64,000 nucleotides of DNA, taken from Balanoglossus misakiensis. Its lineage: Eukaryota > Animalia > Hemichordata. This document shows, in pieces, positions 60,186-64,000 of this stretch. How positions within the stretch are numbered: the first letter of the stretch is position 1; each line of letters starts with the position of its first letter. The translations under genes and the position numbers were made by a program. The stretch spans positions 9,207,337-9,271,336 of the forward strand of contig CM082586.2 of the NCBI GenBank assembly GCA_040954595.2. The letters run 5' to 3'. The notes below the pieces were generated by a model that was given only the letters and a program-made list of their open reading frames with translations, had not been told where the DNA came from and searched no databases.

Positions 60186-63100
60186 TAAAGCTGCAAGCAG
60201 CATTGGGGGGGCACAAGCGGTTCCCATGGTGACCAGCAAATTCCACGGCTGTATCTGCTGGGGATACCGAGACATGGGAAAGTAAGTCAAAGGTCACCTG
60301 AGGTCACCCCAAATTTGGGCAAAAAAATTGGACCCCATACTAGTCTAGATCCAACAAAAAACCAGACCCCTAGCCCTATTGGTTCGCCTGCAATTAGGTA
60401 TGCACATAATTAATGAGGTCTTGTGTAAGACTCCATTATGTGCTCAATACCCATAACAGCCAGGGCTCTAACTGCTCTGGATGCTGAGATATGGGAAAGT
60501 AGATCAAAGGTCACCCAAGGTCACCCAAAATTAGGGCATACAATTTTGACCCCAGACTGGGCCATGTCCAACCAATACCAGACCTCTAGCCCTATTGGGT
60601 AGCATGGAATTAGATATGCAGAAATAGGTCAAAGGTCATTGCCAAAATTACCAAAATATTTCTGTCATGTCCTGGCAGCATTGGTACCCATGTCCACAAA
60701 ATTCATGAATGTGGTGCTTTTACAAGAGGAGGTATGGGGAATATGCATATATAATTAGTTCTTTTAAAACTGGGTCAAAGGTCATGTGAAAATTGCCACG
60801 AAAAATTGTGACAACTTCCGGTCATATGATGACTCATATCCAAAAAAAGAATTTCCGTGCTGTCAACATTTTGGCTACAAAACAGAATTTTCATTTTTCA
60901 ATGGTTTTCCGAAAATCCAACATGGCCGCCATAATGATCGACCAATCACAGTGCGCTTCGCAAACTTGATAGACATAGGTTAGGTGACCACATATCCCAA
61001 ATCCCGAGAATCGGTAACCGCTGGTTCTGGAGAAGAAGATTTTTAAAGTTTTAAGTATTTTTTAAGAAAAACAATTGTAGCAAAAAAACTTTATGTGTGA
61101 CGTCATGATTTCAATGGGGTAAAATGATGGACAGAAGGTAGGCTACCTGCACACCAAATTTGAACTCGATCGGCCTTGTAGTTTTTGAGAAGGACTCATT
61201 TAACGGTTTTCAGGAAATCCAATATGGCCGCCAGGTCACATGACTAATTAAATATTCACGGGCCACTGCACGTCTACTCATTGGCCCCTATCACCCTACC
61301 AAGTTTCAGCCCCCTAGGTGCTGCGGTTTTCCAGATCTACCTGGCCGAATTTCTCGGAAGAAGAAGAAGAAGAAGAAGAATTAAAGCTGCAAGCAGCATT
61401 GTCGGGCCCAAGCGCTGATCTTTAATTATATATGCACAGTATGAATGAGAAAAAACAGAATTTTCTATCGTATGTATTATCTGATGACATAACAAGGATG
61501 TGTGTAGTTTTGCTGCTGAAATAGGGTGAAGTAGGTCAAAGGTCACCAGAGGTCACGCAACATTTGGGCAAAAAATGTTGATCCCATACTGGTCCATGTC
61601 CAACAAAAAACAAAACTCTAGCTCTATTGGTTCGCCTGTAATTAGGTATGTGCATATTTAATGAGGTCAGCAGGTGTCACAGGTGACCCAAAAATGTGGT
61701 TTTAAATTATGGTCCCATCCTACCAAATGCCATGGCTGTATCTGCTCTGGATGCTGAGATATGCGAAAGTAGGTCAAAGGTCACCAGAGGTCACCCAACA
61801 TTTGGGCAAAAAATTTTGATCCCATACTGGTCCATGTCCAACAAAAACCAAACCTCTAGCTCTATTGGTTCGCCTGTAATTAGCTATGCACATAATTAAT
61901 GAGGTCAGCAGAGGTCAAAGGGGTCATGAAAAGTAGCAAAATATTTTGATCACACACTAATCCACATGCATCAAAAACCAAACGTCTAGCCCTATAGGTT
62001 AGCCTGGAATTAGATATGCAGAAATAATAATGTGTGAAAAGTAGGTCAAAGGTCATGTGAAAAATCGCCAAAAATTTGTAACATATTGTAGTCATATGAC
62101 GAATGATATCCATTAAAAGAATTTGTATGCTATCAATTTTTATACTAGAAAAAGGAATTTTAATTTTTCACTGCTTTTTACAAAATCCAATATGGCCGCC
62201 ATAATCTTCGACCAATCACAATGCTCTTTGCAAACTTGATAGACATCAGTGTAGTGACCATACTCCCCGAATCTTGCGACTCAGTCATCGCCCGTTCTGG
62301 AGAAGAAGATTTTTGGAGTTTAACTATGGTTTTTCGAAAATCCAATATGGCCGCCATAATCTTCGACCAATCACAATGATCTTCGCAAACTTGATAGACA
62401 TCAGTTAGGTGACCACATACCCCAAACCTTGTGTCTCGCTTATCACCGGTTCTGGAGAAGAAGATTTTTGAAATTTAAGCTAGATTTCAGAAAATAAATT
62501 GTAGCAAAAAAACTGCAACATTGACAGCAAAATTTCCAATTACAAAAATGATGGGTAGAAGGTAGTCTACTGGCATGCCAAATTTGAAGTCGATCTGACT
62601 TGTAGTTTCTGAGATCTGAGATTTGATTTTTTTCAGAAAATCCAATATGGCCGCCAGGTCACGTGACTAATTAAGTATTCACAAGTCACTGCACATCTAC
62701 TCATTGACCTTGACCACTGTAGCAAGTTTGAGAAGTGTACCTGCAGCGGTGTCTGAGATCTAGAGCGACAAAGAAATGACACAAGAATAAAGAAAGAAAG
62801 AAAGCCGGAAAGAAAAATTCCAACGAAACCAATAGGGCCCAAGCGCTTGCGTGCGCTTGGGCCCTAAATATAGCTGCAAGCAGCGATGACGGGCCCAAGC
62901 TTAAGCCGAAGGTCAAAGGTCATAAGAGGTCACCCGAAATTTGGGCAAGAAATTTTGACCCCCATACTGGTCCGTGTCCCACAAGAACAAAATCTCTAGC
63001 CCTATTGGTTCGCCTACAATTAGGTATGCGCATAATTAATGAGATAAAGTGTAAGGCTCCATCAGGAGTTCCATCCCTCCAAATGCCAAGGCTGTATCTG

Positions 63101-64000
63101 CTGTGGATGCCGAGATATGGTAAAGTAGGTCAAAGGTCACCGGAGGTCACCCAAAATTTGGGCAAAAAATTTTGACCCCATACTGGTCCATGGTCAGCAT
63201 AAATCAAACCTCTAGCCCTATTGCTTAGCCTGGAATTAGGTATGCACATAATTAATGAGATAAGCAGGTGTCACAGGTGACCCCAATTTTGGCTTTTCAA
63301 TTTTAGTCCCAACCCTCCAAACGCCAAGTCTGTACCTGCTCTGGATGCGGAGATATAGGAAAGTAGGTCAAAGGTCACCTGAGGTCACCCAAAATTTGGG
63401 CAAGAAATTTTGACCCTATACTGGTCCATGTCCCACAAGAACGAAACCTCTAGCCCTCTTAGTTAGCCCAGAATTAGGTATGCACATAATTAATGAGTTA
63501 AGCAGGTGTTACAGGTGAGCCTAAAATTGTGCCTTTTATTTTGGTGCCATTATGCTCACCGACCAATAGACAGTCACTGTACAGGACTATTGCACAGACC
63601 AGAATTCCACAATAAGACATGGACATAGCTTATCCATAGAGGTATAAGTAAAGGTATTATTTAATAAAAAAATTAATATAAAAAAATCGGTCGATTTTTC
63701 ATATTATTTTTTTTTCGCTTAAAATTATTGACAAATGCTAGGCTAGCTGCATACCAAAGTTGAAGAAGATTGGCCTGACAGATTTTGAGATATGTATGCA
63801 TATTTATCCAAAATAATATGTGGTCATGGCTTTACTATGGAAAGTATAGGCCCATGGCTTGGTAAAAAATATGAAAAATAATACTTAAAAATCTTCTTCT
63901 CAAAATTGGAATGGCCAATGGCCTTGACATTTGGCATGTAGAACCCTGGCCACATGGTCCGCAAAAGTTGCTAAAAGAATTTTGATATCTCCATTCATAT
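60186..64000 (-). mobile_element. Tandem array of Helentron-like (HINE) units with internal subrepeats
   Basis: Units start with stem-loop AGCTGCAAGCAGC at ~60188, ~61385, ~62872; terminal hairpin GGGCCCAAGCGC..GCGCTTGGGCCC at ~62835-62864; (GAA)n/(GAAA)n; repeated AGGTCAAAGGTCA modules. Confidence 0.65.

Noticed and set aside
59077-60297. 406-aa ORF as an intact RT gene
   Set aside because: The first ~37 aa come from the adjacent Helentron-like repeat; the LINE part is 5'-truncated.

Overview
Eukaryotic (animal, probably marine invertebrate; inference) genomic DNA that is mostly transposable elements. No prokaryotic operons, rRNA/tRNA genes or CRISPR arrays are seen. Left part: a CACTG-ended DNA transposon containing an L2/CR1-group LINE, a Helentron-like (HINE) element containing a second copy of that LINE, and a long-TIR Kolobok-like element nested in a Tc1/mariner-type MITE. 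16.6-30.6 kb: four near-identical 5'-truncated Penelope-like elements (RT + GIY-YIG, hammerhead ribozyme in the 3' end) form two head-to-head palindromes. The larger one is ~10.2 kb and includes duplicated host DNA. From 31.7 kb onward: a multi-exon + strand ankyrin-repeat Roc-COR (Roco) gene that continues past the window. Its ankyrin part is a tandem array of near-identical intron+exon cassettes (one repeat per phase-0 exon) that vary mainly at predicted ligand-binding positions, and it carries two in-frame stops. One cassette intron holds an intact-looking Gypsy LTR element and a full-length LINE with a 2A-like peptide. The window ends with a LINE fragment and a tandem array of Helentron-like units. 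All alignments were made by eye; family assignments come from motif recognition, not database searches.
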